DNA of 64,000 nt from Lingula anatina (GCA_051362555.1 CM120648.1:15930587-15994586); one strand, 5' to 3'; shown: positions 11,225 to 23,730, counted from the first letter of the stretch. Program-made: numbers and translations. The notes: a model not told the origin generated them from the sequence alone.

Positions 11225-12620
11225 TGCTCAGTGTTGAAGTTACGACTCATACCGATCCCTACCCCACCCCCCCAAAAGTATTAAGGCGTTAATTTAACGA
11301 TAAAAGCTTTGAGTTCCCTTTACTTAAGATAGAGATGAGAAATATAAACGCCAATATTTAATGTTTTCAAGGATATTTTTATAATTTTAAATCACCATTA
11401 AGGTACATGAATTATTGAATAATTGACTGCAGGAAAGACCTCATTTCCGGCATCTGGATGATAAGAAACTCTCTAACAGTATCCTTAATAATAACGTTTA
11501 TTTGCATCAAAAGATAATTGGTTTGTACAATTATGTGAAGTATAGTTCGGGATAGTGCGATAAATAAAGAACACCTAGTTGCATGGCCAATAAATACTGG
11601 GGAAATCTCTGCTTCATCAGGAATACTATTATTTTTTTCTTATAGTTTTTATTCTTCTTCTTGTTATTTATACCTCCGACAAGGAGGTAATATTTTTGGT
11701 TCTGACAGTTTGTTTGTTTTAAATTTCGGGGGTGATACGGGTTATCATAGAAATGCGCCCTTCGTCGAAGCTATACAAGAAGTAGCAATTACCTCTTAAT
11801 TAAACTATTTCAATTGTACACGTCGCAGAGGCCTGCGCTCTTTGTTTATTCTTCAAGTAATAATAATAATAATAATAATTTATAGTAGTAGTAGAAGTAG
11901 TAGTAGAAGAATTAGTAGTAGTAGTAGCAGCACAAGTAGTACAAGTAGTAGTAGTATATTAGCAGTAGTTGTTGTTGTTATTGTTGTTGCCTATTCCGTC
12001 TTTTATGTTGAACAATTATGTTGAACATCAGTCCAAGAGAGCGGGAAACGAATGTTTGGTTACGTGAACAGACCAAAGTTAAGGAAGTACCGCTCACAGT
12101 TAAAGAAATGAAATGGAGGTGGTCAGAACATGTCAAAAGAATGAAGGACGATAGGTGGACAATCAGGCTTACAGAATGGACACCAAGGTATGGACAAAAA
12201 AAAAAGAGGAAGGCCGGTCAAACGATGGAGGGATGAATTAGATGACTACTGGAAGTCTTGGAAGAAGAAACCTTGGCCAAACTGGAAATCTGAGGCTCAG
12301 GATAGGAAACAATGGAAAAAGCATGCTGAGGCCTTTGTCCAACAGTGGAACACTATAGGCTCTAAATGATGATGATGATGATGATGATGATTCCGTCTTT
12401 TCAATAAATATCAAATGCCTTTTCAGAATTCCGTGTCTTATTTTTAACCTACCACTGTGTCTCCGAATCGTGTTCATGACGTTCATAATATCGTCTCTGA
12501 TATTGCCAGTGAACGTTAATGGTCAGTATGAGGACAGTTGCTAATAAACTATATAAATAACCAGCTTTAAATCGCTGCATGTGCTCACGTACATGGACTA
12601 CCAAACAATTAACCTTAAAA
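11225..12620 (+). pseudogene. Third, truncated copy of the IAP 5' region (upstream flank, hydrophobic exon 12427-12521, start of intron)
   Basis: Aligns to ~3870-4990. The first ATG reads CCG; the donor G|GTCAGT is kept; no BIR exon follows. Confidence 0.75.
12005..12389 (+). mobile_element. 5'-truncated RTE-clade LINE 3' end
   Basis: WLREQTKV..KWRWSEHV.RM.DDRWT...EWTPR motif, (GAT)n tail, 12-bp TSD ATTCCGTCTTTT (11993-12004, 12390-12401). Empty sites at ~4775 and ~35335. Confidence 0.9.
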
Positions 12621-12850
12621 CTTAATATATTTTTTGTTGCTTTCAAGGAAGATATTCGGACGTTTTCTAGTTACCAAGAGAGGTGCAACTCAAAGGTTAT
12701 CAGCCTTTCAACAATTTATATATATATTCATGGTTACAACCTTTATGACTACAGGCAAATCTTGATCTTGATCAACAAGGCACATTTGTCCTACATGTCC
12801 CTGATGATAAAACAGGTTATGATAACGTGTATTTTCTACATCGAATAATA

Positions 12851-14817
12851 GGGGAGAGCGGGGTGGGTTGGAACGCGGGTAAGTTGGAACATTGGCTTTA
12901 TTTCTTAAATCACAAGACCGATCATGTGCTCCTTCAGCATAAAAATGTCACGTGGCATGGTCATTCATCCGGTAAACTTGTGGAAGTTTCGAAAATGCAG
13001 TAAAAGTTTTATGCGAAAAAAACTTATTTTCGCTACTCGAAGTAAGTTTTCATATTTTTGACATTCATCGTGCTGTAAACTAAAGTATAAGGATTATATC
13101 ACTGAAATTGTGCATAGCGTTTAGGGCCACCTTGATGTTCAAAAGGCTTTTGTTTTTTTTAATCACTTCCCACGTGTTAAAGAAATACAGTGTCATAAGT
13201 AGGCCATGACGTCATGGGGGCTGGTCGGAACATTTGACATGGGGCCAGTTGGAACACTGTCAGGGGTGTTCCAACCCACCCCGCACGGTGTTTTTCATTT
13301 TTTAAACCTCTCTAAATGTTTTAATTTCAACTTTAAAGAGAGTAGTAACGTAGTAACCCAGTACAACTCCAACTGGAGACGGAATCTAGCTGATAGAACA
13401 TCTCCAAGATGCCGGAATGTACATGCGTGTAGAAGATACAAGGGGGAGGGGGGGGGGGTCATTGCTTGTTAAATGCAGTTCCTAGCTGTTTGGTCGAAAG
13501 GGGTCTGCATGCCCACAGTTGCTTTTTGCGATAAATTGCTTTTAGATGTGGAAGGAAATGTTGATTATTACTCTGCTTTTCGCGGCAAAATGAAAATATT
13601 CTAGCTGAGAGCCTATGTTATGGATAAACTATACAACACCAATTCTGCCGATGTGGTTTTAAATGTTTTGTGTAATGGATTGGGGGTTGCTGTTAATGTT
13701 TAGTGAACGACGGTACAAAATCCGCCAGAAAGGACAAACATTCACCTCGTAACTTAGACAAAGATTCAGTTGAAATCTCAGTTGCCCTCACCGGAAGAGG
13801 TGCTACAGCACACTAAAGCTCACTTAAGAAAAACCCCAAACAGCTCAAGTCCAGCAATAATTAGACCCTTTCCAAAGGCTCACCGTCGCATTCCAAAGAT
13901 TAAAAGAAGAAAACAATGCAGTGCAGTACTAACTGACACACCTGAAAATGAGCTACTCGAAAAAGAAAAGGCCAAGCCCAACAAAATTAAAAAGGACAAG
14001 CGCAACAAAAATAAAAAACAGTTTAAGATTTCTAGTCAATAGAGAAAATCAAGAAAAGGGAAATTAAAGATGACCAGCGATTCTGAGTCAGAAGAAGAGT
14101 GGCCATGTCTGGTTTGTGGGGAGCCGTTCATTAACAGCCGACCAAAAGAGCAATGGGTTAAATGCATTGTTTGTCTAAAGTGGTCACATGAAGACTGTAC
14201 AAAGGTTGACCAAGTGTAGGGCCTACATATGTCAGAACTGCGATTTTGATTCTGAGTTGTTGAGTTGAAAGAGATACAGTTTTCATTTGTAGGTCTAACA
14301 TACTGTTGTTAATAGGTTGAGTTATATGAGTTCAATTTCTTTTCTCTTAAACTACACCACTTTTGTTATCATTATGAAATGAAGTGTAACTGGATATGGT
14401 TTATACATCGAAAAGACTATTTGAAAGCAAATTGTAAACGTAAAAAATGCTTACAAACTATGGAGATACGAATACAAAGTAACACGTACTTGTTGGGAAA
14501 TTAATATAGATAAACCTACTCTTAAAATGAATTATACTTTGAATTTATATGAAAGCGTTCCAACTCGCCCTCTTGTTCCAACTCACCCCACTGCCTGTTC
14601 CAACTGACCCCGCGGGTGGGGTGAGATGGAACGTTTTAGGAGCCAACTTTGAGCATTTATTACTCTAAAATAAAAAGACCTACTTGATGTTTTATTTCAT
14701 AGATAAGTGCGGCATATAATTTTCCCCTATCAGATTTTTTATTTTTGTCCCCAAAGCTTTGACTGCTGAGATATCGCAAAAAAGGTGAAAACTGTTCCAA
14801 CCAACCCCGCTCTCCCC
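12851..14817 (+). mobile_element. Internally deleted pogo/Tigger-type DNA transposon retaining the transposase C-terminus with a PHD finger
   Basis: TA|GGGGAGAGCGGGGTGGGTTGGAAC ... GTTCCAACCAACCCCGCTCTCCCC|TA. Subterminal GTTGGAAC repeats. Remnant IRPFPKA..RRK..SAVLTDTPE and WPCLVCGEPF..EQWVKCIVCLKWSHEDCT at ~13770-14250. Confidence 0.85.
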
Positions 14818-15076
14818 TACATCTTCACTGTTAACAGTTTCTGGTGTCAAGATCGCTTTTATTGCAGCTACGTCCATTTTCTAACGTAATGTATCAAGGC
14901 ACCTTGGACATACATGAACCTGATTAAAATTCAGGTTTTGTCAGTGGATATTTTTTACATCGCATAGTTCATCTCGTTTGTTAACAGGTTATAATTTGCT
15001 CATCGAAATGATGATAGATTTTGTAGCTGCCTCCTTTGTTAAAGTAATGTAATAAGGCACCTTGAAACGCTTTTAA

Positions 15077-15955
15077 AGTCATAATAACTCTTCGTTTTGG
15101 CCGAAAATACGATTTTCCTGGAAAAAACGGCAATTTTTCCTTACTTACCAATGGTCAACGACCCCATTCCTGCATTCAAAGTTAATCCAGGGTTTTTTTC
15201 CTAAATGTACGGTTTTTTGTTAAAAACTCTTAAGAGATTTTAACTGACGGAGCCCTCTCTCTGACATGGCAGTCACGCGATATCGAGCGATAGTTTCTGG
15301 TGACCTACTTAAAACCGCGGGAAAAGCAGACAACAACAACACTATATAACAATATTATAAGATTCATTAGATGTATTCGTCTTATTGCTCAAAATGCATT
15401 TATATCTACAATGTGTGCAATTCTGGGCTTTTCGTTATCCGACGCACTGTACAAAAACTCGCAACTTACGTCTGATGGTTTCCCGCCAATATTATTTTGG
15501 TCTCGAATGAACGCGAGAATCCGCGTGACACCTAAACGTCATTGGCAACGGATGCACTTGTCGACCGTGAAGATAGGCATCGAAAGCCCAAGTGACAAGC
15601 ACAGATTTTAGTTTTACTACAATAAGGCTTCGTTCACATGGAAAGTCTATTTTCTAAAAATCTATTTTCTATTCGCGGTATCTTATGATCATGTATCTTA
15701 TGATCATGGTTACTTACTGTAACTTATAGTAACTGGCTCGCACTACCAGTAATTACGCCGCGGGATATTCAGGGCACAGACCGTGATCATAAGACATACC
15801 GCGAATAGAAAATAGAATTTCGAAAATAGACATTGCATGTGAATGAAGCCTAACAGTCGTTTTAGTGGGAAAATGCAATAGAATATATTTCCAGGCGTTG
15901 TTTACAATGTATTTCTTGCGGAATTTTGAATCTCAAAGGAAGAGTTATTATTGCT
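15077..15955. mobile_element. Kolobok-type MITE (TTAA TSD) containing a nested Harbinger MITE
   Basis: TTAA|AGTCATAATAACTCTTC ... GAAGAGTTATTATTGCT|TTAA. Same family as 32181-32517 and the fragments at 22472 and ~23300-23376. Confidence 0.8.
15626..15850. mobile_element. PIF/Harbinger-type MITE (same family as 7608-7862)
   Basis: TAA|GGCTTCGTTCACATG ... CATGTGAATGAAGCC|TAA; internal sequence shared with 7608-7862. Confidence 0.85.
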
Positions 15956-16182
15956 TTAAACGACGTGTACATAGTCAAACACTGTAACACTGAATGATGC
16001 CATTAGATAATGAAGTATGTTGTTTTTCTATCTTCAAGTCTGTCTAGAACTATGTACAATAAATATCAAATATTTAGACCATATATTTTAATTACAAAGG
16101 CCGTTTTACTGAAGCATAAAAGCTATATAATTCCATTATGGATTAGGGCCATCCCATGAGCACTAGGATATATATATATATA

Positions 16183-19100
16183 GACCTCGACCCCGGATTA
16201 TGGAACGATATTTGACGTTTTTCGGCTTTGCACAGTCTGTGTATAAAAATGAACGTAAACTATCCTCTAATACTTTGCATGTAGCTACGATAGAGCTTTA
16301 TTTACTATCTTGTAAAGCTTAATCCATATGATTGGGGTTACTATTGGAGAAAAACGCTAATATAATGGTTAACTTCATGTTGTTCTCAAACCCCGGATTA
16401 TGGAACAAAACCGGAAGTGCGCAGATAACGTTCCGTCAGAGTTTGTTAGATAAGATGCAAGGCAATATGTAGCGCAGGGGGTCTATAAAAGACAATAAAA
16501 CGGCAAATGCGCTTTATATTGCGAATATCAATGAACATAACAGCAGTTGTTATTCATATTTAGTTGGTCTTTTACTTTTAAACACAAATATTGCTAAAAA
16601 ATGGAATAGTCCACTCATTTACCACTGCCTTGATCGGATTATGGAACAAAACGAGAAGTTGCTGCTACGTCGGAGTATCGAAGCGATATTAAGTAGTCTG
16701 GTCATTTAAAATGCCAAATTGAAAATACTGTATTCATTATTATGAAAGAATAATATTGATATTTCTCATTTTAAAAATCATCGATCATTCATTTGGGCAG
16801 CCTTCAGGTAGGATACATGTAACAACACCAGTAATGATTCAAAATAAAATCTTTAATTCATGATAACAAAACTAGCAATTAACATTAACAGCTCACACAC
16901 CACCAACAAAGAATTTATCGAAAGTGTGACAAATACAATAAAAATAAAAAGATAAAAAAAACGGAGAACTCATGTAACAGACTAGTGCTGTGACCTAACA
17001 AAGAGATGAATGTATTCAGTTTTTTAACATCGCTGACCTTTATAAAATGCATTAAACATTTAACTCCATAAAACGAAATCACTGCAATTTATTCTATTAT
17101 TATACTGTCTCGCAACTCTGTTCACCATATGGAATAATAATGTGCGTTTGTGTTTTGTACGTATGTATGTTTATTTTTACGTTGCGTTGTTTGTAACGCA
17201 CAAGAAAATATCACTTGTAGGATCATGTACTTTTGCGGTATAAATAAGAAAAAAAAACAATATAAATATTTAAAAAATATATAAAACAAAATAACTCAAC
17301 CAATGTTTCTCCTTTACTGAGATAAATTCCAGCAGATATAACACAGGAAAACGTCCAAAAATGTAGTGGTTTAAGCGCAAGTGAAATGTTCTTGCGCGTT
17401 AAGCCTAGGTCCCAAATACGTTTTGGACGCACGGTTTTTTAGTTCCTTGCGTCCGGCTAGGACGTAGCTAGATCGCACGTAGCGGCTGTTGATCATGTCG
17501 AAAAGTTACTACGTGCTGTTTGCGTCTTCCAAAAGTCGCACGATGGATGTGCTCCTCACGCACGAACTCCCAAGTTTTTCCCATTTTTTTGGCCGTAGAC
17601 CACACGTAGCAGCCCGTACGTTCGGTTCAGACCTAGGCTTTACAAACAACGCAACGTAAAAATTCTTTTTTCTCTCTTCTTCCTTCTTCTCTTTTCTACG
17701 TACGTTTCACCTCCAATGCCCTCTGTGCCTTTCGCTCTCGTACCTCAGCCTTCTTCCTCTTCCTTTCCACGCCCGCTCTTCTCTTCTCCTCTTTCTATAT
17801 TCTTCGCTTAGCGCCATCTTCGGCTTTTCTCATTTTTTCTACAGCTCTTCTTTTCTTTCTTTCTTTCTTTTTTCTTTCTTTCTTTCTTTCAAGTCTTTAA
17901 ATAATGCTTTCTTATTATCCGATATCCGAACAAATCTTTATTTGAAGACAAAATTCATTTTCTCATTATTTTTCATTTATTTAGCATGTTTTTTATTTCA
18001 CTATATTGCACCTATTTATCCTTCCCGGTTTTCTAAGGGACAACTCGGGATGTCGATTCATGAACCGACCCCACCAGCCGTTCGACGCTGAAAAGCCCAT
18101 AGACCTATCCCTTTGTTTTCCCACCGCCAGAGCAAACTTGCAGACTCCAAGTCTTTGGTGAGGGAAACCCCCAGTCACTCATAATAAGGCAGTAGTGGAC
18201 TAGAGCTGCCTCATCAGAGTGACTGAGGGCCAACTTCCCACGACCACCTCCCTTGAGAGCACTTGTGGTATATTTAAGAAAAATAGAAGAAGAAGATACT
18301 GGATAGAGATAGTTGAAATAAGAAGTTTTAAAGATAAAACTCCCAGAAAAGGCGCAAACCTAGTAGGCCCTTAATGATTCATAAGTCTAATTTTTTTTTT
18401 CATCACAACAAAGATCAATCATGTGTCATTTGTGTAGGCCTACCTGAAATATGATTTAAAATGATCCTCTTTGGCACCTCAAATAGGCCCTAGGCCTATA
18501 GGCCTACGTGCCGCCTCTGATATTGAATAAGAGTGGGCCTATAATTTCCTCTTTGACATGCTGAAATTTATCGAGCATGAAAAAGGTCAGTAACGATTTT
18601 TTCTCTCATAATGTCAATACAAAAGTCAACATTAAGTGTTATTTTGTGAGAACAAATGTATTTATTTCACAAGTCGCTTGAGTCTAATAGCGCTCGTAGC
18701 GTTCTCTAGCGGCAGTTTACAGTGAGCAGAAAGCACCCACAGCTATGCCCAACATCAAAGGCATTTTTATGAGATCTTGGAATAACCTACTTCAACCTCT
18801 TGAAAGTGGATGTTTTGAAATAATTTCATTAAGCCGAGAACAAGAAATACAAACAATAGGCTAAGGGATGAGACAAGTTAGGCTACAATACTTATAGCAG
18901 TAAAAGACGGCCGTGTTTACGTCCACAGCGATCGATGTAGGCCTACCCGTAACCAGTATGAAAAAGTTAGAAATCGAGATCGGAAACTGACAGTAACACG
19001 TGCAGACGAAAGCGGACGATAAACGGCTTTAAAACTTGCTTGAATAAACGTAAGTTCATTATTAATTTTATCAAATTTGAGAACAACGAACAAACGCTAA

Positions 19101-19275
19101 CACTTCTATTGTATCAGGTCGTAACATGCGTCTGCATAGCGCGTTTGATACATTGTAGCAGACGCTTGAAACTTTCGTGGCAACGGGGATTTTTTACGCT
19201 CTGCATGCTGGTTGAAAAGAGCAAACTTCCGGTTTTGTTCCATAATCCGGGGTCGTTCCATAATGCGGGGTCGGG

Positions 19276-19278
<3 letters not shown>
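16183..19278 (-). mobile_element. Degenerate pogo-type DNA transposon inserted in (TA)n
   Basis: TIRs GACCTCGACCCCGGATTATGGAACG / CGTTCCATAATGCGGGGTCGGGGTC. Subterminal CCGGATTATGGAACAAAACCGGAAGT repeats at both ends. CENP-B-type HTH remnant FSASNGWWGRFMNRHPELSLRKP at 17993-18178(-). Confidence 0.82.
17173..17663. mobile_element. MITE whose right TIR is interrupted by a Harbinger-type MITE (17402-17639, TTA TSD)
   Basis: Left arm ATTTTTACGTTGCGTTGTTTGTAACGCACAAGAAAATATCACTTG matches the right arm once AGCCTAGGTC...GACCTAGGCT and one TTA are removed. Confidence 0.75.
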
Positions 19279-19344
<66 letters not shown>

Positions 19345-19632
19345 AGCAAAAAGGTTCATTAGCTTGGTTGTTGGATAAATATGAAAATTCTCAGACACAA
19401 GCCTAAAATTTTCCGTACCGTTAGCTTACGGCCAACCTGGTCGAAGGCCTTCATCAGACTGACGTGAGTAGTTGTTCACACTCACTGACCGCTAGGTGGT
19501 ATAGCGGCCAGGACCCTCTTATAAATGTCAGGTAGATCAACCCCCCACTAGATGAGGCTCTCTTGATGTGTGGTTACCCACCTTGGGCTCTAAAGACCAA
19601 ACTTCGCCAGGATAAGACAGCAGTAACTAACT

Positions 19633-20175
19633 GTGAGCCAACAGATACAGTCGGAAAAAAAACAGCTAGTGATCCTCCCTTATTGTAAAGGAATTTCAGA
19701 GAAAGTGTGCAGGATCTACAAGAAGTACAGTGTCAACACAGCTTTTAGACCTCAGTGCACATTGAAACAACACCTAGTGGCACCAAAGGACAAAACCCCC
19801 CAAGATCACCGTTGTGGGACAATATACAGGATCAATTGCCATGACTGTAATTCCTTTTACATTGGTGAGACAGGTAGACAGTTGAAGATCAGGGTGAGTG
19901 AACACAGGAAATCAGTGACTGTAGGCAATACCAGCTCTGCCATTTCTGAACATGTAATAGACACCGGCCACAGTATAGATTGGAATTCAACTAAGATTCT
20001 TGAATCTGAATCATCCGACATCCCGCGAAAAATACGAGAGGCTATCAACATCAGCCGACACCAGCCACCCATGAATAGGGACGGGGGGTTGATCTACCTG
20101 ACATTTATAAGAGGGTCCTGGCCGCTATACCACCTAGCGGTCAGTGAGTGTGAACAACTACTCACGTCAGTCTGA
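19633..20175 (+). CDS. Penelope ORF fragment: RT C-terminal linker + GIY-YIG endonuclease
   Basis: VILPY.KGISEK, GTIYRINCHDCNSFYIGETGRQLKIRVSEH, SAISEH...GHSIDW, RKIREAINI..MNRDGG. An upstream frameshifted LMCGYPPW at ~19560. Confidence 0.85.
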   Translation: MSQQIQSEKKQLVILPYCKGISEKVCRIYKKYSVNTAFRPQCTLKQHLVAPKDKTPQDHRCGTIYRINCHDCNSFYIGETGRQLKIRVSEHRKSVTVGNTSSAISEHVIDTGHSIDWNSTKILESESSDIPRKIREAINISRHQPPMNRDGGLIYLTFIRGSWPLYHLAVSECEQLLTSV

Positions 20176-20211
20176 TGAAGGCCTTCGACCAGGTTGGCCG
20201 TAAGCTAACGG
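20168..20211 (+). ncRNA. Minimal hammerhead ribozyme motif in the pLTR, core mutated (GAAA to GUAA); inverted copy at 19418-19461
   Basis: cagt CTGATGA a-ggcc...ggcc GTAA GC TA acgg: core CUGAUGA, stem II, palindromic AGCT stem III, short stem I. Confidence 0.65.
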
Positions 20212-20242
20212 TACGGAAAATTTTAGGCTTGTGTCTGAGAAT

Positions 20243-20304
<62 letters not shown>

Positions 20305-20327
20305 TAGTGCTCATGGGATGGCCCTAA

Positions 20328-21511
20328 CCTTCAGTTAGAGATCCAAAAGCTTACACATGATAAAGAACAAGAAGAATGGTCTCCTAATTGTGAGAGCAGC
20401 TTCTTACGCTAAAGACATACCCCCAAGTCTAGAAACCGTGAAGACGAGGGGTCACGAAACGCAAGCGCACATACTTATCATCAGTCCGGAAGTGATATAT
20501 ATATATATATAGATCTCTAAATAGATATAGATATATATATAGATATAGATCTCTAACTGAAGGTCGTAGTTGTCATCCGTCAGCTGGGCAATGGTTTTCT
20601 GCAGAACAGAATTTTCGGCCGCTGTCATCGAGTTTTATGAAACAGTTCAAGCAACTCCTGCCGGATCCTCTCCAGCTCCTTGGATTTATTTTCAAAACGC
20701 TTGTAAGCGCCGTTCCTCTCGGCGGTTAACAGTCGGATTTTTTCTCGGTAATTTGTGAAGAAAGTGCGATGACCTGTTCTCGTAGACGTTGGTTTTCCTC
20801 ATGTAGTAACCTGTTGTCGGCGCGCACCCTCGTGTCCAGATTGTAATCGCGAACCTGTGCTTCCATCTCCATTTGAAGTTCGCGATTTCTCTCTCGTTCT
20901 GCCCCGAGTGCTTGTTCTAAATCATTCTCGCGGTGCTCGCGTGCTTCGTGGACTCTCATGCCGCATTTCAATTGCTCAATTTCTTCTTCCAGGCTTTTTT
21001 TAGTAAGAGTGAGCTGATGAATCAGTTCGTCCTTTTCGTAACTGTTTTCTGTCATCACGTGGTTTGGACAGCTCGAAAGTGCTGGCCGTTGAAAAAGCTC
21101 TTCCCTTTTTGCTTGTGAAACTGTAAACCAACGTTACATTTTAAGCAAAACCTTGATTGTACGACATGGGGAAATAGCTGGACAAAGACAACATCTGAAT
21201 ATTAATAACGCCCTACATACAACTCCCATTACTAATTTGTCCACTCAAAACGATGACCTTATTCACCTGGATTGCCTCATTCCCCGATGAAAATCTTATA
21301 AATAGGCATCAAAGCATTGGAAGTAAATACAATTGCAATATTAGCTGTTGATTGAAAAAATCCACTCTTTTATTTTGATAATAATAATGATACATTTATT
21401 CTGATATTCACCTGGTCCACGGCTAGAACCACTGTCCTGAGCATTAGACCCCCTTGTTTCTTCAGACACATGACTAATTCCACCAAATGCGTCTGCACCT
21501 CCGGTCGCCAT
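20328..21511 (-). pseudogene. Spliced coiled-coil protein pseudogene (exons 21511-21412, ~21344-21267, 21120-20548; continuation inverted at 20328-~20495)
   Basis: MATGGADAFGG.. exon with a phase-1 donor CAG|GTGAAT. Acceptor tttacag|21120 is in frame with the 110-aa heptad-rich ORF. Downstream frameshifts; the frame ..DLQLEI continues as LQLEIQKLTHDKEQEE on the + strand. Confidence 0.6.
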
Positions 21512-21699
21512 ATTTCACGTACTAGAATAACCCACAAACTACTGCACCGGCCTGTCTGAAACGAAAGTCACGGCCAATTACAGACCAACATATATTTATG
21601 CCTGTTGCATATTTTAGTACAAGTACATAAACGTTACCTTCAGTTCGATTAATTCTTTCTAAGTGGCTCTAGTTTACATATATCTAGTTGTATTAAATC

Positions 21700-22270
21700 T
21701 CCGAAAGAGCGCCCAAAGTGGTAACCTATCTTATGATAACGCAGAATTGCTCCAAGGGGTAACGTGTAAACACAAAACTTTAGCGGGTCAAGAAAGCTCC
21801 CCTGAGGAACACCAAATAAAAGCTGCGAGAGTTCAGAATGCACACCATTTATATTAACTTGTTGCATTCTCCCAACAAGATAGGATCGGGAAAGATCTAA
21901 GGCCTTATCTCTAACCCCTACATCCTGCTCTAGAAATGTCAATAAAATATTATGGTATACTGTGTCAAAGGCAGCAGACAAATCTAACAGTGCCAATAAC
22001 ATAGCAGCATGTTTGTCAACACCACTTAACAAATCATTTTTAATTCTCAAATGTGCAGATTCTGTGCTATAATTGAATTTGTAGGCTGACTGCATTTCCT
22101 CAACAAGATTGTTTGCTTCTTAATGCTTAAATAGTCTAACTGCTATAACCCTCTCTACTACCTTAGATAAAAATGACAAATTGGAAACAGGACGATAGTT
22201 TACCAAACGATCTGTGTCAAGGTTGTCCTTTTTGAGTAGTGGGCGAATTATTGCAGATTTAAACTTTTTT
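21700..22270 (-). mobile_element. L2/CR1-clade LINE reverse transcriptase fragment
   Basis: NYRPVSNLSFLSKVVERV..QSAYK..STESA..LDLSAAFDTV..GVPQGS motifs. Confidence 0.85.
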
Positions 22271-23603
22271 TGGAAAAAACACCCACAGTAAAACCCGTGG
22301 CCCTATCCTGGCATGCAACACTTAGTCACGAGTTACCTGCATAGGACTGACATCAGTACACACACAGTATAGAGACAACAATACTATAACTAATAGATAT
22401 CTACCCCATTAGTCAAAATAAGACTTTAGCGTTTTTTCATTATATGCAACATCGATAACACGATAAGTTAAAGTCATAATAACTCTTCGTTTTGGCCAAA
22501 AAGAAAAGTTTGGCGTCGTCAAACGAGATTTTATGGCGACAACAATCTCCAGGGCTTATTTACGCACATGAACATTCTGCACATGCTCAATTCTACCGTA
22601 GAGGGGTGGTCCTAGTTGAGGCACATGTTGCTGCTTATATCATGGGACGTCACTGCCTGACCCACTTTGCGCTCGATTCTTTCTGTTGACGCGCACGATA
22701 CATTTAAGCTACAAGTTATCTCCAACCTTCAACTTAAACCTTCAGTTCAAAAAATGTCATCGGCTTTTTCTTCGACGAGATCTTTCCAACAGTTCACTCG
22801 ATATTTCGAAGCGTTACGACACGTTTACAACATTTTATGAGAGCGAAAGATTCTGTACAAGTTCAAGCATGGACTAACCGTACAACTACCGACTGTTATA
22901 TGAATGCGGTAAGTTATTTCCTCTACTGATATAGCAGTTGCCGTTGACATAATCCCTTTGTCCATGAGTTTCTGGTTTGCTGTAATAATAGTCACGGCGA
23001 CTGCACAATAAGGGTCTTTGCGTATAGAATCTTCAGTCACCTGATGACATAGGCATCTGGCGCAGTGCAAGTGGCGTGCGCCAATTGCTCACCGTGTGCA
23101 AGGCGCTTAGGTCATACCATTTAATGCAGGCAACAATTTGCTACATTTTTATTATTGTTAAAATTATTAGGATAGTGAGTTTTATAATAAAAGCGGCCTT
23201 GTTTGGCCAAATCACGAACAATCGACAGTCTTTGTTGCCTTCTCTCTTGTTATGAATGGGACTATGAAAGTTTGTGGTACACTGGGAGGGAGGAGACATA
23301 AATTGGATTTTCCTGGAGTAAACGCCAATTTTCCCGTACTTACCAATGGTCAACGACCCCATTCCTGCATTCAAAGAACAAAGTACAGCGGAGGAGCATT
23401 CATGCAGTGGATTAGCAGTTTTACTGGCCAGGGCTTTCAGTTGCCCACACCCTGCTGACCACACCCAGGTCAGCAGGTTTTGTGTCCAGGTTGTAGGTTT
23501 GACCCTCAATGCATGCCACTGGGGATATATATATATATATATATATCATGCTGTTTATTACCAGATTTACAAACTGTTTGTTATTGCTAATTCAACACAA
23601 CAT

Positions 23604-23730
23604 GCGATCGGATGGCCTTGTGGTTATATTGTTCGCCTCTAGATCTGGAGGACATGGGTTCAAACCTGTCTGTGGACAGACCAGTTTCTAATAAACGGTC
23701 CCTTCTGTCTCCCTGCTTGGGACTGCTTAT
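23604..23730 (+). mobile_element. tRNA-derived SINE head
   Basis: A-box-like TGGCCTTGTGG and B-box GGTTCAAAC at tRNA-like spacing; no complete cloverleaf. Confidence 0.55.

Larger units (their letters stand above)
19343..20250 (+). mobile_element. 5'-truncated Penelope-like retroelement with inverted pLTR
   Basis: GIY-YIG ORF; 19379-19546 is the reverse complement of 20083-20250; flanked by (TA)n on both sides. Confidence 0.92.

Noticed and set aside
23604-23680. Functional tRNA gene
   Set aside because: A/B boxes present but no complete acceptor stem; treated as a SINE head.
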